A DNA stretch of 64,000 nt from Draconibacterium sp. (lineage in GTDB: Bacteria > Bacteroidota > Bacteroidia > Bacteroidales > Prolixibacteraceae): contig DAOPKR010000001.1 in the NCBI GenBank assembly GCA_035391305.1, positions 37,290-101,289 on the forward strand. The letters are read 5' to 3'. The position numbers were made by a program, and so were the translations under genes. The notes under the pieces are model-generated. The model had not been told where the DNA came from. It did not search any database and saw only the letters and a program-made list of their open reading frames with translations. Shown here piece after piece: positions 32,001-40,469 of the stretch. How positions within the stretch are numbered: position 1 is the first letter of the stretch; the number at the start of each line of letters is the position of its first letter.

Positions 32001-32876
32001 TGTTTTAACTCCTGATTCAAGAATTTCTTCGATATGATCTTCCTCAATATCAACTTCACGATCGATAATAACTTCGTTTCGTTCGATGGAAACAACTTCT
32101 CCAGTATCTTCATCAACGAAATCTTCAACCCATGATTTTAATACACGAGCTGCCAATCTTCTGCCAACTACTTTTTTAAGTGAAGTTCGTGATACTTTGA
32201 TTTCATCGGCCAGATTAAATATTTCAAGAATATCTTTATCGCTCTCAAAACCAATAGCGCGTAATAAAGTTGTTACCGGAAGTTTCTTTTTTCTGTCGAT
32301 ATAAGCAAACATAACACTGTTAATGTCGGTCGCAAACTCGATCCACGATCCCTTGAAAGGTATTATTCGTGCAGAATAAAGTTTTGTTCCATTGGCATGC
32401 ATACTTTGGCCAAAGAATACACCCGGAGATCTGTGTAACTGTGATACGATAACGCGTTCGGCGCCATTTATTATGAAGGTTCCCCGTTCGGTCATGTAGG
32501 GCACAGTACCCAAATAAACGTCCTGAACTACTGTATCGAAATCTTCATGTTCAGCATCAGTACAGTACAACTTAAGTTTCGCTTTTAATGGCACACTAAA
32601 AGTTAAACCACGCTCTATACATTCCTGGATGGAATATCTGGGAGGGTCGACCTGATAGTCAATAAATTCCAACACAAAGTTATTACGAGTATCTGTAATT
32701 GGAAAATTTTCCTCAAATACTCGGAATAATCCTTCAGATTTTCTGTTATCAGGAGTGGTTTTTAACTGAAAAAAATCTTTAAATGATTTAACTTGTACTT
32801 CTAAGAAGTCAGGGTAATCAAACCTGGTTTTTGTGGAGGAAAAACTAATCCTCTCTTTTTTTGTTTGTACAGACAT
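29067..32876 (-). CDS. rpoB: RNA polymerase beta subunit
   Basis: [22 protein letters not shown] and [15 protein letters not shown]. Probable ATG 32876. Confidence 0.99.
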   Translation of the reverse strand: MSVQTKKERISFSSTKTRFDYPDFLEVQVKSFKDFFQLKTTPDNRKSEGLFRVFEENFPITDTRNNFVLEFIDYQVDPPRYSIQECIERGLTFSVPLKAKLKLYCTDAEHEDFDTVVQDVYLGTVPYMTERGTFIINGAERVIVSQLHRSPGVFFGQSMHANGTKLYSARIIPFKGSWIEFATDINSVMFAYIDRKKKLPVTTLLRAIGFESDKDILEIFNLADEIKVSRTSLKKVVGRRLAARVLKSWVEDFVDEDTGEVVSIERNEVIIDREVDIEEDHIEEILESGVKTILLHKEDQNQQDFAIIYNTLQKDPCNSEKEAVLHIYRQLRNAEPPDEATARDVIDKLFFSDKRYDLGEVGRYRINKKLGLTVDSENRVLTKEDIIEIIKHLIQLVNAKTDVDDIDHLSNRRVRTVGEQMFNQFGVGLARMARTIRERMNVRDNEVFTPIDLINSKTLSSVINSFFGTNALSQFMDQTNPLAEMTHKRRMSALGPGGLSRERAGFEVRDVHFTHYGRLCPIETPEGPNIGLISSLCVFAKINDLGFISTPYRKAANGRVDLSEDGVVYLTAEEEEGQIIAQANAPIDEKGNFINAKVKARLEGDYPVIEREKVQLMDVGPNQIASVAASLISFLEHDDANRALMGSNMMRQAVPLLRPEAPIVGTGLEGRAAADSQILVKAEFDGVIEYVDAQQIIVRYDISEEDRFVSFDPEVVTYTLQKYSKTNQGTTVDLKPIVQKGERIQKGQILTEGYATDKGELALGRNLMVAFMPWQGYNYEDAIVISERIVREDVFTSVHVDEYSLEVRDTKRGVEEFTSDIPNVSEEATRNLDENGLIRIGADIKPGDILIGKITPKGESDPSPEEKLLRAIFGDKAGDVKDASLKASPSLNGVVIDKKLFSRVAKDKKGTATKKLLDQIDEKFDREVTSLRNKLEDKVFTLVTGKTSQGVKDYYGTEIIPKGVKFTLKQLQELDYLNINPGKWTTDKQKNDMVFAVINNYILKYKEAEAVSRRERYNITIGDELPAGIIQLAKVYVAKKRKLQIGDKMAGRHGNKGIVSRVVRQEDMPFLDDGTPVDIVLNPLGVPSRMNLGQIYETVLGWAGKNLGLKFATPIFDGASLDEICEYTDKAGVPRFGVTRLIDGETGVRFDQPATVGIIYMMKLGHMVEDKMHARSIGPYSLITQQPLGGKAQFGGQRFGEMEVWALEAFGASHILQEILTVKSDDVMGRAKAYESIVKGEPMPQPGIPESLNVLLHELRGLGLSVRME

Positions 32877-32914
32877 GTATTTATACAAGTTAATTATGTA
32901 AAATACCAATACAC

Positions 32915-32953
32915 AAAAAGGCTTAGAAGCCTACTATCGCAGGCTTCTAAACC
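32915..32953 (-). terminator. rplL-rpoB intergenic attenuator/terminator hairpin
   Basis: TTAGAAGCCT / AGGCTTCTAA 10-bp stem followed by T5 on minus. Confidence 0.8.
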
Positions 32954-32982
32954 GTAAAACCCTTTAAAAAGGTTCAATTGCG

Positions 32983-33363
32983 TTATTTAACCTCAACTTC
33001 GGCTCCAGCTTCTTCGAGCTGACTCTTAAGAGCTGCAGCTTCGTCTTTAGATACTTTTTCTTTTACTGCTTTTGGAGCAGCATCAACTAATTCTTTTGCT
33101 TCTTTCAAGCCTAAACCAGTTAATTCTTTAACGAGTTTAACAACACCAAGTTTTGCCTGGCCTGCTGCTTTTAAAATTACATCGAATTCTGTTTGTTCTG
33201 CAGGAGCAGCTTCTTCGCTACCACCAGCAGCTGGTCCAGCAACTGCAACTGCGGCTGCAGCTGGTTCGATTCCATATTCATCTTTCAGAATTCCAGCTAA
33301 TTCGTTAACTTCTTTTACTGTAAGATTAACCAACGCTTCTGCAAGCTGTTTTAAATCTGCCAT
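32983..33363 (-). CDS. rplL: 50S ribosomal protein L7/L12
   Basis: EQTEFDVIL and [14 protein letters not shown]. Confidence 0.99.
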   Translation of the reverse strand: MADLKQLAEALVNLTVKEVNELAGILKDEYGIEPAAAAVAVAGPAAGGSEEAAPAEQTEFDVILKAAGQAKLGVVKLVKELTGLGLKEAKELVDAAPKAVKEKVSKDEAAALKSQLEEAGAEVEVK

Positions 33364-33396
33364 TTTTATTAATTTTATAAATTATTTTAAAAAAAA

Positions 33397-33915
33397 TTAT
33401 TCTTTTTCTCCAAGTGTTTTCAAAACACCATGAATGATATTTCCACCTGATTGTAACTGTCCGAGAACTGTTTTCATCGGTGATTGTAAAAGTGCAACCA
33501 CATCAGCAATAAGTTCGTTTTTAGATTTAACTGCAATCAACGCTTCTAATTGATCAGCGCCCATATAAACTGATTCCTGAACATAAGCCGCTTTTAACAC
33601 AGGCTTTTTATGTTTTTTACTAAAATCTTTAATCAGTTTAGCAGGTATGTTCGCATTTTCGGAAAACATTACTGAGGTATTACCCTTTAGCGCATCGTAA
33701 ATTTCTTCAATGTTCTTATTTGAACTTTCCAAAGCTTTACGTAAGAGAGTATTCTTAACAACTACCAGTTTTACACTTTGGTTAAAACAAAGTCTTCGCA
33801 AATCACCGGTACTTTCAGCATTTAAACCACTAATATCAGTAAGGTAAAAATGGTTGTAAGAATCAATTTGTTCTTGTAAATTATTAATAATAACCTTTTT
33901 ATCTGAACTCTTCAT
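33397..33915 (-). CDS. rplJ: 50S ribosomal protein L10
   Basis: VVKNTLLRKAL and synteny. Confidence 0.98.
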   Translation of the reverse strand: MKSSDKKVIINNLQEQIDSYNHFYLTDISGLNAESTGDLRRLCFNQSVKLVVVKNTLLRKALESSNKNIEEIYDALKGNTSVMFSENANIPAKLIKDFSKKHKKPVLKAAYVQESVYMGADQLEALIAVKSKNELIADVVALLQSPMKTVLGQLQSGGNIIHGVLKTLGEKE

Positions 33916-33927
33916 TTTTACGCATTT

Positions 33928-34623
33928 TTAGTCAACAACTGACTTTGGTTCAACTTTAATACCGGGGCTCATAGTACTGGAAAGATAAATACTTTTAATG
34001 TAAGTACCTTTTGCTGCGGTTGGTTTAAGTTTAACAATGGTATGTACAAATTCCAATGCATTGTCCTTTATTTTATCGGGAGTAAACGATACTTTTCCGA
34101 TAGATGTATGAACAATACCAAATTTGTCAACTTTAAAGTCGATTTTACCCTGTTTAACTTCGCTGACGGCTTTACCAATTTCCATTGTTACGGTTCCACT
34201 TTTGGGGTTTGGCATTAAACCACGTGGGCCTAAAATACGGCCTAACGCCCCAACTTTCCCCATAACAGGAGGCATTGTTATGATAACGTCAACATCAGTC
34301 CAGCCACCTTTAATTTTCTCGATATAATCATCAAGACCAACATAGTCCGCACCCGCATCTAGTGCTTCCTGCATTTTATCAGGAGTAACCATCGCTAAAA
34401 CACGGACTTCTTTTCCAGTTCCATGGGGTAACGAAACTACGCCTCTAACCATCTGGTTAGCTTTTCTTGGGTCAACTCCAAGTCTTACATCAATGTCAAC
34501 TGATGCATCAAATTTGGTATAAGTAATTTCCTTTACCAATTCAACAGCTTCATCTAAGGTGTAAGCTTTTCCTTTTTCGAGTTTTTCAAGAGAAGCTTTT
34601 TTATTTTTCGTAATTCTGCCCAT
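33928..34623 (-). CDS. rplA: 50S ribosomal protein L1
   Basis: KFDASVD, LPHGTGK and [11 protein letters not shown]. Confidence 0.99.
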   Translation of the reverse strand: MGRITKNKKASLEKLEKGKAYTLDEAVELVKEITYTKFDASVDIDVRLGVDPRKANQMVRGVVSLPHGTGKEVRVLAMVTPDKMQEALDAGADYVGLDDYIEKIKGGWTDVDVIITMPPVMGKVGALGRILGPRGLMPNPKSGTVTMEIGKAVSEVKQGKIDFKVDKFGIVHTSIGKVSFTPDKIKDNALEFVHTIVKLKPTAAKGTYIKSIYLSSTMSPGIKVEPKSVVD

Positions 34624-34637
34624 CGTATAAGATTTAT

Positions 34638-35081
34638 TTAGTTTTTGAATGGTGAAGTACCTTTTACAGCAATTCCCATACTTCTGGCAGTACCAGCGAC
34701 CATTTTCATGGCCGATTCAATAGTAAAGCAATTTAAATCAACCAGTTTACCTTCTGCAATTTGCTTAACCTGTTCCCAGGTTACAGCCCCCACTTTATTC
34801 ACGTGAGGTTCTGGCGAACCTTTTTTCACTTTTGCTACTTCAAGCAATTGTATAGCCACAGGAGGTTGTTTTATAATGAAATCGAACGATTTATCTGCAA
34901 AAACAGTAATTATAACGGGTAACACTTTACCAGCCTGGTCTTGTGTTCTTCCGTTAAACTGTTTGCAGAACTGCATTATATTTACCCCTTTGGAGCCCAA
35001 TGCTGGTCCCACCGGTGGTGAAGGGTTGGCTGCACCACCTTTAATCTGTAATTTAATTAATCCAGCAATTTCTTTAGCCAT
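34638..35081 (-). CDS. rplK: 50S ribosomal protein L11
   Basis: [12 protein letters not shown] and GTARSMG. Confidence 0.99.
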   Translation of the reverse strand: MAKEIAGLIKLQIKGGAANPSPPVGPALGSKGVNIMQFCKQFNGRTQDQAGKVLPVIITVFADKSFDFIIKQPPVAIQLLEVAKVKKGSPEPHVNKVGAVTWEQVKQIAEGKLVDLNCFTIESAMKMVAGTARSMGIAVKGTSPFKN

Positions 35082-35101
35082 AATACATATTTAACGTGTT
35101 T

Positions 35102-35650
35102 TTACTCCTTTTCAACTTGCATAAAGCTTAATTCCAGAGGAGTTTTACGTCCAAAAATCTTCACCATTACCTGCAGCTTTTTCTTTTCTTCATTGATTTC
35201 CTCAATGGTTCCGTTAAAGCCGTTAAATGGTCCATCGACTACTTTTACAGTTTCTCCTACAACAAAAGGAATATTAATTTCCTCGTCGTTCTCAGCAAGT
35301 TCATCAACCCTTCCCAGAATTCTATTTACCTCGTTTTGCCTCATTGGAACGGGATCTCCACCTTTAGTGTCGCCTAAGAACCCGATAACATTAGGAAAAT
35401 TCCTTAGTGTGTGTGCAACTTCACCTACTAATTCGGCTTCGATTAAAACATAACCTGGAAAAAAATTTCTTTCCTTACTGATTTTTTTACCATTTCGGAT
35501 TTGGTAAACCTTCTCTGTTGGTATTAGAACCTGATCAACAAAACCCTTTAAATCTCCGTTTGCGATTTCATTTTCGATATATTCTTTTACCTTTTTCTCT
35601 TTTCCGCCTATAGCACGCAGAACATACCATTTCTTACTATTTTCGCTCAT
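35102..35650 (-). CDS. nusG: Transcription factor NusG
   Basis: WYVL, FFPGYVL, KOW motif VVDGPFNGF and IFGRKTP. Confidence 0.98.
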   Translation of the reverse strand: MSENSKKWYVLRAIGGKEKKVKEYIENEIANGDLKGFVDQVLIPTEKVYQIRNGKKISKERNFFPGYVLIEAELVGEVAHTLRNFPNVIGFLGDTKGGDPVPMRQNEVNRILGRVDELAENDEEINIPFVVGETVKVVDGPFNGFNGTIEEINEEKKKLQVMVKIFGRKTPLELSFMQVEKE

Positions 35651-35669
35651 TTTGATTTAAGGATTTCAA

Positions 35670-35861
35670 TTAATAAAATAAACCATAAATAAGTTCCATT
35701 ATGTTCCTGAAAGACAGGTCCATAGCGAAAATTACGAGTGATATTATTAAGGAAGCAACCATTACAACCAATGCGCTACTTTGTAGCTCTTTCCATGTAG
35801 GCCATGTTACTTTGTGAACGAGTTCATCGAAAGCCTCCTGGAAATATAATCTTATTTTCAT
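35670..35861 (-). CDS. secE: Preprotein translocase SecE
   Basis: ELVHKVTWPT plus a single TM; synteny. Confidence 0.96.
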   Translation of the reverse strand: MKIRLYFQEAFDELVHKVTWPTWKELQSSALVVMVASLIISLVIFAMDLSFRNIMELIYGLFY

Positions 35862-35879
35862 TTCTTTTAATCAAGTTTG

Positions 35880-35941
35880 CACGGAAGGTAAGAATTGAAC
35901 TTACTGTTTGAAACAACCACTCCCGTTTGAGATTCATCCGT
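35880..35941 (-). pseudogene. Degenerate tRNA-like element at the tRNA-Trp locus (pseudo-tRNA)
   Basis: Minus strand ACGGATG-AATCTCAAACGGGAGTGGT-TGTTTCAAACA-GTAAG-TTCAATT-CTTAC-CTTCCGT-G. Acceptor stem 6/7, perfect T-arm, G discriminator. Only 62 nt, no CCA anticodon, no variable loop. Confidence 0.75.
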
Positions 35942-35942
35942 A

Positions 35943-35971
35943 AAATAGTCCCGGGCTAAAAAGCCCAGGAC
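35943..35971 (-). terminator. Terminator-like hairpin downstream of tuf
   Basis: Minus strand GTCCTGGGCT-TTTT-AGCCCGGGAC followed by TATTT. Confidence 0.7.
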
Positions 35972-35999
35972 ATATTATAAATTATTTTTATTTTAATAA

Positions 36000-37184
36000 T
36001 TACAGAATTTCAGTCACCTGACCGGCACCAACTGTACGCCCACCTTCGCGGATTGCAAAACGCAAACCAACATTTAAGGCAACTGGATAAATCAATTCTA
36101 CTTCAACTGAAACGTTATCACCCGGCATAACCATTTCACGGCCTTCCGGTAAGTGGATTTCCCCTGTCACATCAAGAGTTCTAATATAGAATTGTGGACG
36201 ATATTTATTATGAAATGGCGTGTGACGTCCACCTTCTTCTTTCTTCAATACATAAACCTCTGCTTTGAAACGTTTATGTGGAGTAATTGAACCTGGTTTT
36301 GCCAAAATCTGTCCACGTTTGATTTCTTTTTTGTCAACACCACGAAGCAATAACCCTACGTTATCACCTGCTTGTCCATCATCAAGAATTTTACGGAACA
36401 TTTCAACACCGGTACATACTGTTTTGCGGCCTTCAGCACCCAGCCCGATTAACTGAAGTTCATCGCCAGTGTGAATTTTACCAGTTTCAATACGACCTGT
36501 TGCTACTGTTCCGCGACCAGTAATTGAGAATACGTCCTCAACCGGCATTAAGAATGGTTTGTCAACATCACGCGGAGGAAGTGGAATCCAAGTATCACAA
36601 GCATCCATAAGTTCCATTACTTTCTCTTCCCATTTTTCTTCACCATTCATTGCACCAAGAGCTGAACCCATGATCACTGGTGTATTATCGCCATCAAATT
36701 GATAGAAGCTAAGAAGTTCGCGAATTTCCATTTCAACGAGTTCCAAAATTTCTTCATCATCAACCATATCAACTTTGTTCATGAAAACAACCAGTTTAGG
36801 AACGTTTACCTGACGTGCCAAAAGAATGTGTTCACGAGTTTGAGGCATAGGACCATCAGTAGCAGCTACAACAATAATAGCACCGTCCATCTGAGCAGCA
36901 CCAGTTACCATGTTTTTAACGTAGTCAGCGTGACCCGGACAGTCAACGTGAGCATAGTGACGTTTTTCAGTTTGGTACTCAACGTGAGCAGTATTAATGG
37001 TAATACCCCTTTCTTTTTCTTCGGGAGCATTATCAATTGAATCAAAAGATTTAATTTCTGATAATCCTTTTTTTGCTAATACCATTGTAATAGCAGCAGT
37101 CAGAGTAGTTTTGCCATGGTCAACGTGGCCAATAGTACCAATATTGACATGCTCTTTGTCTCTGTTAAAATGTGCTTTTGCCAT
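36000..37184 (-). CDS. tuf: Elongation factor Tu
   Basis: [21 protein letters not shown] and [10 protein letters not shown]. Confidence 0.99.
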   Translation of the reverse strand: MAKAHFNRDKEHVNIGTIGHVDHGKTTLTAAITMVLAKKGLSEIKSFDSIDNAPEEKERGITINTAHVEYQTEKRHYAHVDCPGHADYVKNMVTGAAQMDGAIIVVAATDGPMPQTREHILLARQVNVPKLVVFMNKVDMVDDEEILELVEMEIRELLSFYQFDGDNTPVIMGSALGAMNGEEKWEEKVMELMDACDTWIPLPPRDVDKPFLMPVEDVFSITGRGTVATGRIETGKIHTGDELQLIGLGAEGRKTVCTGVEMFRKILDDGQAGDNVGLLLRGVDKKEIKRGQILAKPGSITPHKRFKAEVYVLKKEEGGRHTPFHNKYRPQFYIRTLDVTGEIHLPEGREMVMPGDNVSVEVELIYPVALNVGLRFAIREGGRTVGAGQVTEIL

Positions 37185-37228
37185 AATTTTTTAATTTTTA
37201 ATTTATATTTTTTTATCAAATCATTTTG

Positions 37229-37300
37229 AGCCGATGACGAGAATTGAACTCGTGACCCCTTCCTTACCAAGGAAGTACTCTACCCCTGAGCTACATCGGC
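37229..37300 (-). tRNA. tRNA-Thr(GGT)
   Basis: GCCGATG/CATCGGC acceptor, CTTCC-TTGGTAA-GGAAG anticodon arm, ACGAG-TTCAATT-CTCGT T-arm. Confidence 0.96.
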
Positions 37301-37362
37301 ATTAATACATAAAGAGACAAGAGGTCTAAGTATTCTACTTATCACTCCAGTCTCATTAAATG

Positions 37363-37435
37363 AGCGGGAGACGGGATTCAAACCCGCGACCCTTAGCTTG
37401 GAAGGCTAATGCTCTATCAGCTGAGCTACTCCCGC
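37363..37435 (-). tRNA. tRNA-Gly(TCC)
   Basis: GCGGGAG/CTCCCGC acceptor, TTAGC-CTTCCAA-GCTAA anticodon arm, T-arm GCGGG-TTTGAAT-CCCGT. Confidence 0.95.
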
Positions 37436-37462
37436 ATACATTATCTTTGCAAAAATGCCGCG

Positions 37463-37495
37463 CAAAAATACAAAATTTCTCCAAACAGTTGCAAA
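37463..37495 (-). promoter_or_regulatory. Primary-sigma promoter for tRNA-Gly/tRNA-Thr/tuf
   Basis: TTTG (37492-37495), 21-nt spacer, TATTTTTG (37463-37470). Confidence 0.65.
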
Positions 37496-37639
37496 AAAAT
37501 CGTTTTTCATTATTTAAGGTTACCTGATTTAATTTTAATCCAGATGCTTCTAAAATCTAAAAATCCTCTTAAACACCTAATTTTCTTAATAAATCAACCT
37601 TAATTCAACTGTTTTCTGAACGCCCCAAAATTGGGTTTG

Positions 37640-37647
37640 CAAATGTA
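37640..37647 (-). promoter_or_regulatory. Second upstream -7 promoter element
   Basis: TACATTTG on minus just downstream of hpf. Confidence 0.45.
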
Positions 37648-37695
37648 AAAATATTATTTTAAAAAACTAAAAATTAAATGTCCTATTTTCAATTT

Positions 37696-37998
37696 TTACT
37701 TGTTTTTAAGCTTTTCTTTATATTTATCGATTTGTTTGCGTACAGCGTCAATTGCAAGGTCAGTTGCTTCTTCAAAGGTATCGGCTTCCTTTTTTGCAAA
37801 CAAATACCCATTTGCCGGAATCGAAATTTTTAACTCAGAAACTTTGTTTTTTGCAGTTTCGGGCTTTAACACTTTCATAGTTACTTCAGCATTAATTATA
37901 CCATCAAAGAAGGTATCGAGTTTGCCTACTTTTTTATTTACAAAATCAACCAATTTTTGATCGGCAGTGAAATGCACTGAATTAATTTTAATTTCCAT
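37696..37998 (-). CDS. hpf: Ribosome hibernation factor HPF/RaiA
   Basis: IKINSVHFTADQKL...FEEATD.A.D...KQ; follows xerC as in other Bacteroidota. Confidence 0.92.
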   Translation of the reverse strand: MEIKINSVHFTADQKLVDFVNKKVGKLDTFFDGIINAEVTMKVLKPETAKNKVSELKISIPANGYLFAKKEADTFEEATDLAIDAVRKQIDKYKEKLKNK

Positions 37999-38010
37999 AA
38001 TAAATGTTTT

Positions 38011-38904
38011 TTAACCCCTTGGGTGGGCTTGTTTATATATATTATGCAATTTTTGGAAAGTTGTGTGGGTGTAAATCTGGGTAGCTGCCAGATTTGCATG
38101 TCCCAACAATTCCTTAACTGCATTTAAATCAGCTCCATTATTTAACAAATGGGTTGCGTAGGTGTGCCGTAAAACATGCGGACTTTTCTTTTCCAACAGT
38201 GTTACTTTGGCTAAGTTAGTTTTTACTACCCTATAAATTAGTTTTTCGTAAGCAGGATTTCCTTTATCTGTAACCAAAAGATGTTCGGTCTTATTTCCAA
38301 ATTTAGAGTTCCGTTCATTTATATATTGCATAACCAATTGATTAATTGAAGTAGGATAAGGAATTATCCGCTCCTTTTTCCCCTTCCCTAATACACGAAT
38401 CATACAATTTGTCATATCAAAATCACTGTCTTTTAACTGTAACAATTCAGCAAGCCGAATTCCTGTAGCATAAAATAAAGTAATTATCAATTTGTCGCGA
38501 ATCCCCTCGAAATCATTTTTAAAATAACCATCATCAAGCAAATGATTGAGATTTCTTTCTTCCACAAAATTTGGTAATTTTTTACGGATTTTTGGTAGAG
38601 TCAGGTAAGTGGTAGGATTGTGATCAACTATTTGTTCTTTTAAGAGATATTTAAAAAAAGATTTAATTGTGGTTATTTTTCGGTTTACTGAACGTGCTGA
38701 CAAATCATTTTCCATTAACTCCACAATCCAACTTCGAATTATCTTTGCATCAACCTTTTTTACATTAAATTCCCCGACCACTTCTATGCAAAACTGCACA
38801 AACTGATCGAGGTCAATTTTATAAGCCACAACAGTATGAGAAGAATTTCTCTTCTCAAATTTCAAATAATTGAAAAACGACTCCCGATAATCCATTTGAT
38901 TCAA
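38011..38904 (-). CDS. xerC: XerC-like chromosomal tyrosine recombinase
   Basis: Catalytic R (TGIRLAEL), K (GKG.KER), HxxR (HVLRH), LLGH and Y (TQIY); ends AHPRG; rpsU-xerC-hpf synteny. Confidence 0.88.
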   Translation of the reverse strand: MNQMDYRESFFNYLKFEKRNSSHTVVAYKIDLDQFVQFCIEVVGEFNVKKVDAKIIRSWIVELMENDLSARSVNRKITTIKSFFKYLLKEQIVDHNPTTYLTLPKIRKKLPNFVEERNLNHLLDDGYFKNDFEGIRDKLIITLFYATGIRLAELLQLKDSDFDMTNCMIRVLGKGKKERIIPYPTSINQLVMQYINERNSKFGNKTEHLLVTDKGNPAYEKLIYRVVKTNLAKVTLLEKKSPHVLRHTYATHLLNNGADLNAVKELLGHANLAATQIYTHTTFQKLHNIYKQAHPRG

Positions 38905-38930
38905 ATAAATACAGGAATCACTAAGTTCAA

Positions 38931-39122
38931 TTAGTCTTCCTGACGTTGCAATCCTTGTACGTAAATCGCCTTCTTCTTCTCCTCCCTGTTAATTACTGAA
39001 GGTTTTGTGAATTTCTGACGTTCACGTAATTCTTTTATTACACCTGTTTTTTCAAATTTTCTTTTGAATCTTTTAAGCGCTCTTTCTATATTTTCGCCCT
39101 CTTTTACCGGAATAACTATCAT
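38931..39122 (-). CDS. rpsU: 30S ribosomal protein S21
   Basis: VKEGENIERALKRFKRK...F.KPS. Confidence 0.97.
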   Translation of the reverse strand: MIVIPVKEGENIERALKRFKRKFEKTGVIKELRERQKFTKPSVINREEKKKAIYVQGLQRQED

Positions 39123-39153
39123 TTTTAACGTTTTAATTTTTAAAATTGAGGCG

Positions 39154-39184
39154 CAAATTTAGAAATTATTCGATTGAAATCAAA
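39154..39184 (-). promoter_or_regulatory. Primary-sigma promoter for rpsU
   Basis: TTTG (39181-39184), 19-nt spacer, TAAATTTG (39154-39161). Confidence 0.65.
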
Positions 39185-39236
39185 TATAAACGAAAATAAA
39201 TATAAATACAATCCATTGAATTTGTTTTAAATTTAT

Positions 39237-40349
39237 TTAACGGCACGTCAAATATGGCCTGATTCGTGAAAAAGATTCAGGATCAACAAGTCCAGTTGTT
39301 TTCAATTGGAATATATCCTGAAAAGATCCGTTTTGATTGCGGTATTTCAATATTGCGGTAACCTGATCTTTATTTAAATATGGGTGCCGCAACAATTCAG
39401 GATAATCAGCAAAATTTAAACGAATCTTTTTAACCAGTAAAGTATCCACATAAATACTATTTTCAATACTTTTAAATGTTTCTGATGGAAAATTATAAAC
39501 TTCAAGTAACTGTGAGGTTGAATAAAAGCCACCAAGCAAATTGCGGTATTTAATAACCCGATTAGCATAAACTGCCCCAATTCCTTTAAGTTTCATTAAT
39601 TCTGTTGAGTCGGCGCTATTGAGTTCGACGTGCAATAACACAGGATAATTTTCGAGAACTTGTTTTTTGTCGTCAACTTCAATTGTAATAACTTTCTCGA
39701 TTGAGTTATAGAAAGCCGAATCGATACCATAAATCTTAAGTAAGTCGGTTTTTATTTTGAATGCACCTCCCTTCTTTCTGTATTCAGTTATATTTTTTGC
39801 CTGAAAACTATTAAAACCAAAACTTATCAATTGATTATAATCAGCATTATTGGGATCCAACTTTCCCTTAATTGCATTTTTTATTTCTTCTTTTTTATTA
39901 AATGCTTTGGTGTTCTCTGAAAGAGATTCGTTTTTGTCAGTAATTTCTATGTAATCTTTAATAACATTGAATATGCTGTCGTTCATCCCATATATCTTTC
40001 GAACTTCAATTTTCGAGGAAAACCTGCCTCCTGCCTTTCTGTAGTTTAATATATTTTGTTTAACAAATTGGGGCAAGTCAAGCGAATCAAGCTTTTTGCT
40101 GTTAATTGTGTTCGGATTGAATGGGAAAAGTGACTTAACAATAAATCTATCGTTTTTCTCTGGTGATTCAATTTCATCGAGTTGGAGATTATACTCAAAA
40201 TAATTGTATTCAGATTTTGGTTGAATATTACTAACTATGATTATTGAGATAGTGGTTAATATTATACAAGCGCACAAAATAATTATTGCGTTTCTATCGC
40301 TTTTCGAAAAATGATTATAATTCTTAAACCAACCAGAGAATATATTCAT
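39237..40349 (-). CDS. ComEA-like helix-hairpin-helix membrane-anchored DNA-binding protein
   Basis: N-terminal TM; four HhH units including FNPNT, LDPNNA and ELNSADSTELMKLKGIG...YRNLLGGF. Confidence 0.85.
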   Translation of the reverse strand: MNIFSGWFKNYNHFSKSDRNAIIILCACIILTTISIIIVSNIQPKSEYNYFEYNLQLDEIESPEKNDRFIVKSLFPFNPNTINSKKLDSLDLPQFVKQNILNYRKAGGRFSSKIEVRKIYGMNDSIFNVIKDYIEITDKNESLSENTKAFNKKEEIKNAIKGKLDPNNADYNQLISFGFNSFQAKNITEYRKKGGAFKIKTDLLKIYGIDSAFYNSIEKVITIEVDDKKQVLENYPVLLHVELNSADSTELMKLKGIGAVYANRVIKYRNLLGGFYSTSQLLEVYNFPSETFKSIENSIYVDTLLVKKIRLNFADYPELLRHPYLNKDQVTAILKYRNQNGSFQDIFQLKTTGLVDPESFSRIRPYLTCR

Positions 40350-40469
40350 GGGTTAATATAATTTGGAATGAAAACAAAAAAACTTTTACGAACATTCCAA
40401 ATTTATCAAAATTCTGACTTGAATATCAAAAAGATAATATAAAAAGCTAAACTATTTTAGTTTTCAGTT

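Noticed and set aside
33916-33927. Ribosomal protein L10 leader RNA before rplJ
   Set aside because: The rplA-rplJ spacer is only 12 nt, leaving no room for the structure.
35880-35941. UCA in the tRNA-like element as evidence for UGA recoding, opal suppression or tRNA-Sec
   Set aside because: The arm cannot form a 5-bp stem with a 7-nt loop without destroying the T-arm, and it is far too short for tRNA-Sec. TGA is used as a normal stop here (miaA, Nudix) and conserved Trp positions use TGG.
37314-37354. Irregular hairpin between tRNA-Gly and tRNA-Thr as a tRNA remnant
   Set aside because: It is a single interrupted stem (GAGAC/GTCTC, TAAGTA/TACTTA) with no T-loop or cloverleaf, most simply a spacer structure.
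38011-38904. Tyrosine recombinase near tRNAs as a prophage/ICE integrase
   Set aside because: About 300 aa with a XerC-like AHPR C-terminus, in the conserved rpsU-xerC-hpf context. No att duplication or cargo genes are visible.
39123-39150. Shine-Dalgarno-based bS21 autoregulation of rpsU as described in Flavobacteria
   Set aside because: The sequence upstream of the ATG is A/T-rich (AAAATTAAAACGTTAAAA) with no SD-like motif.
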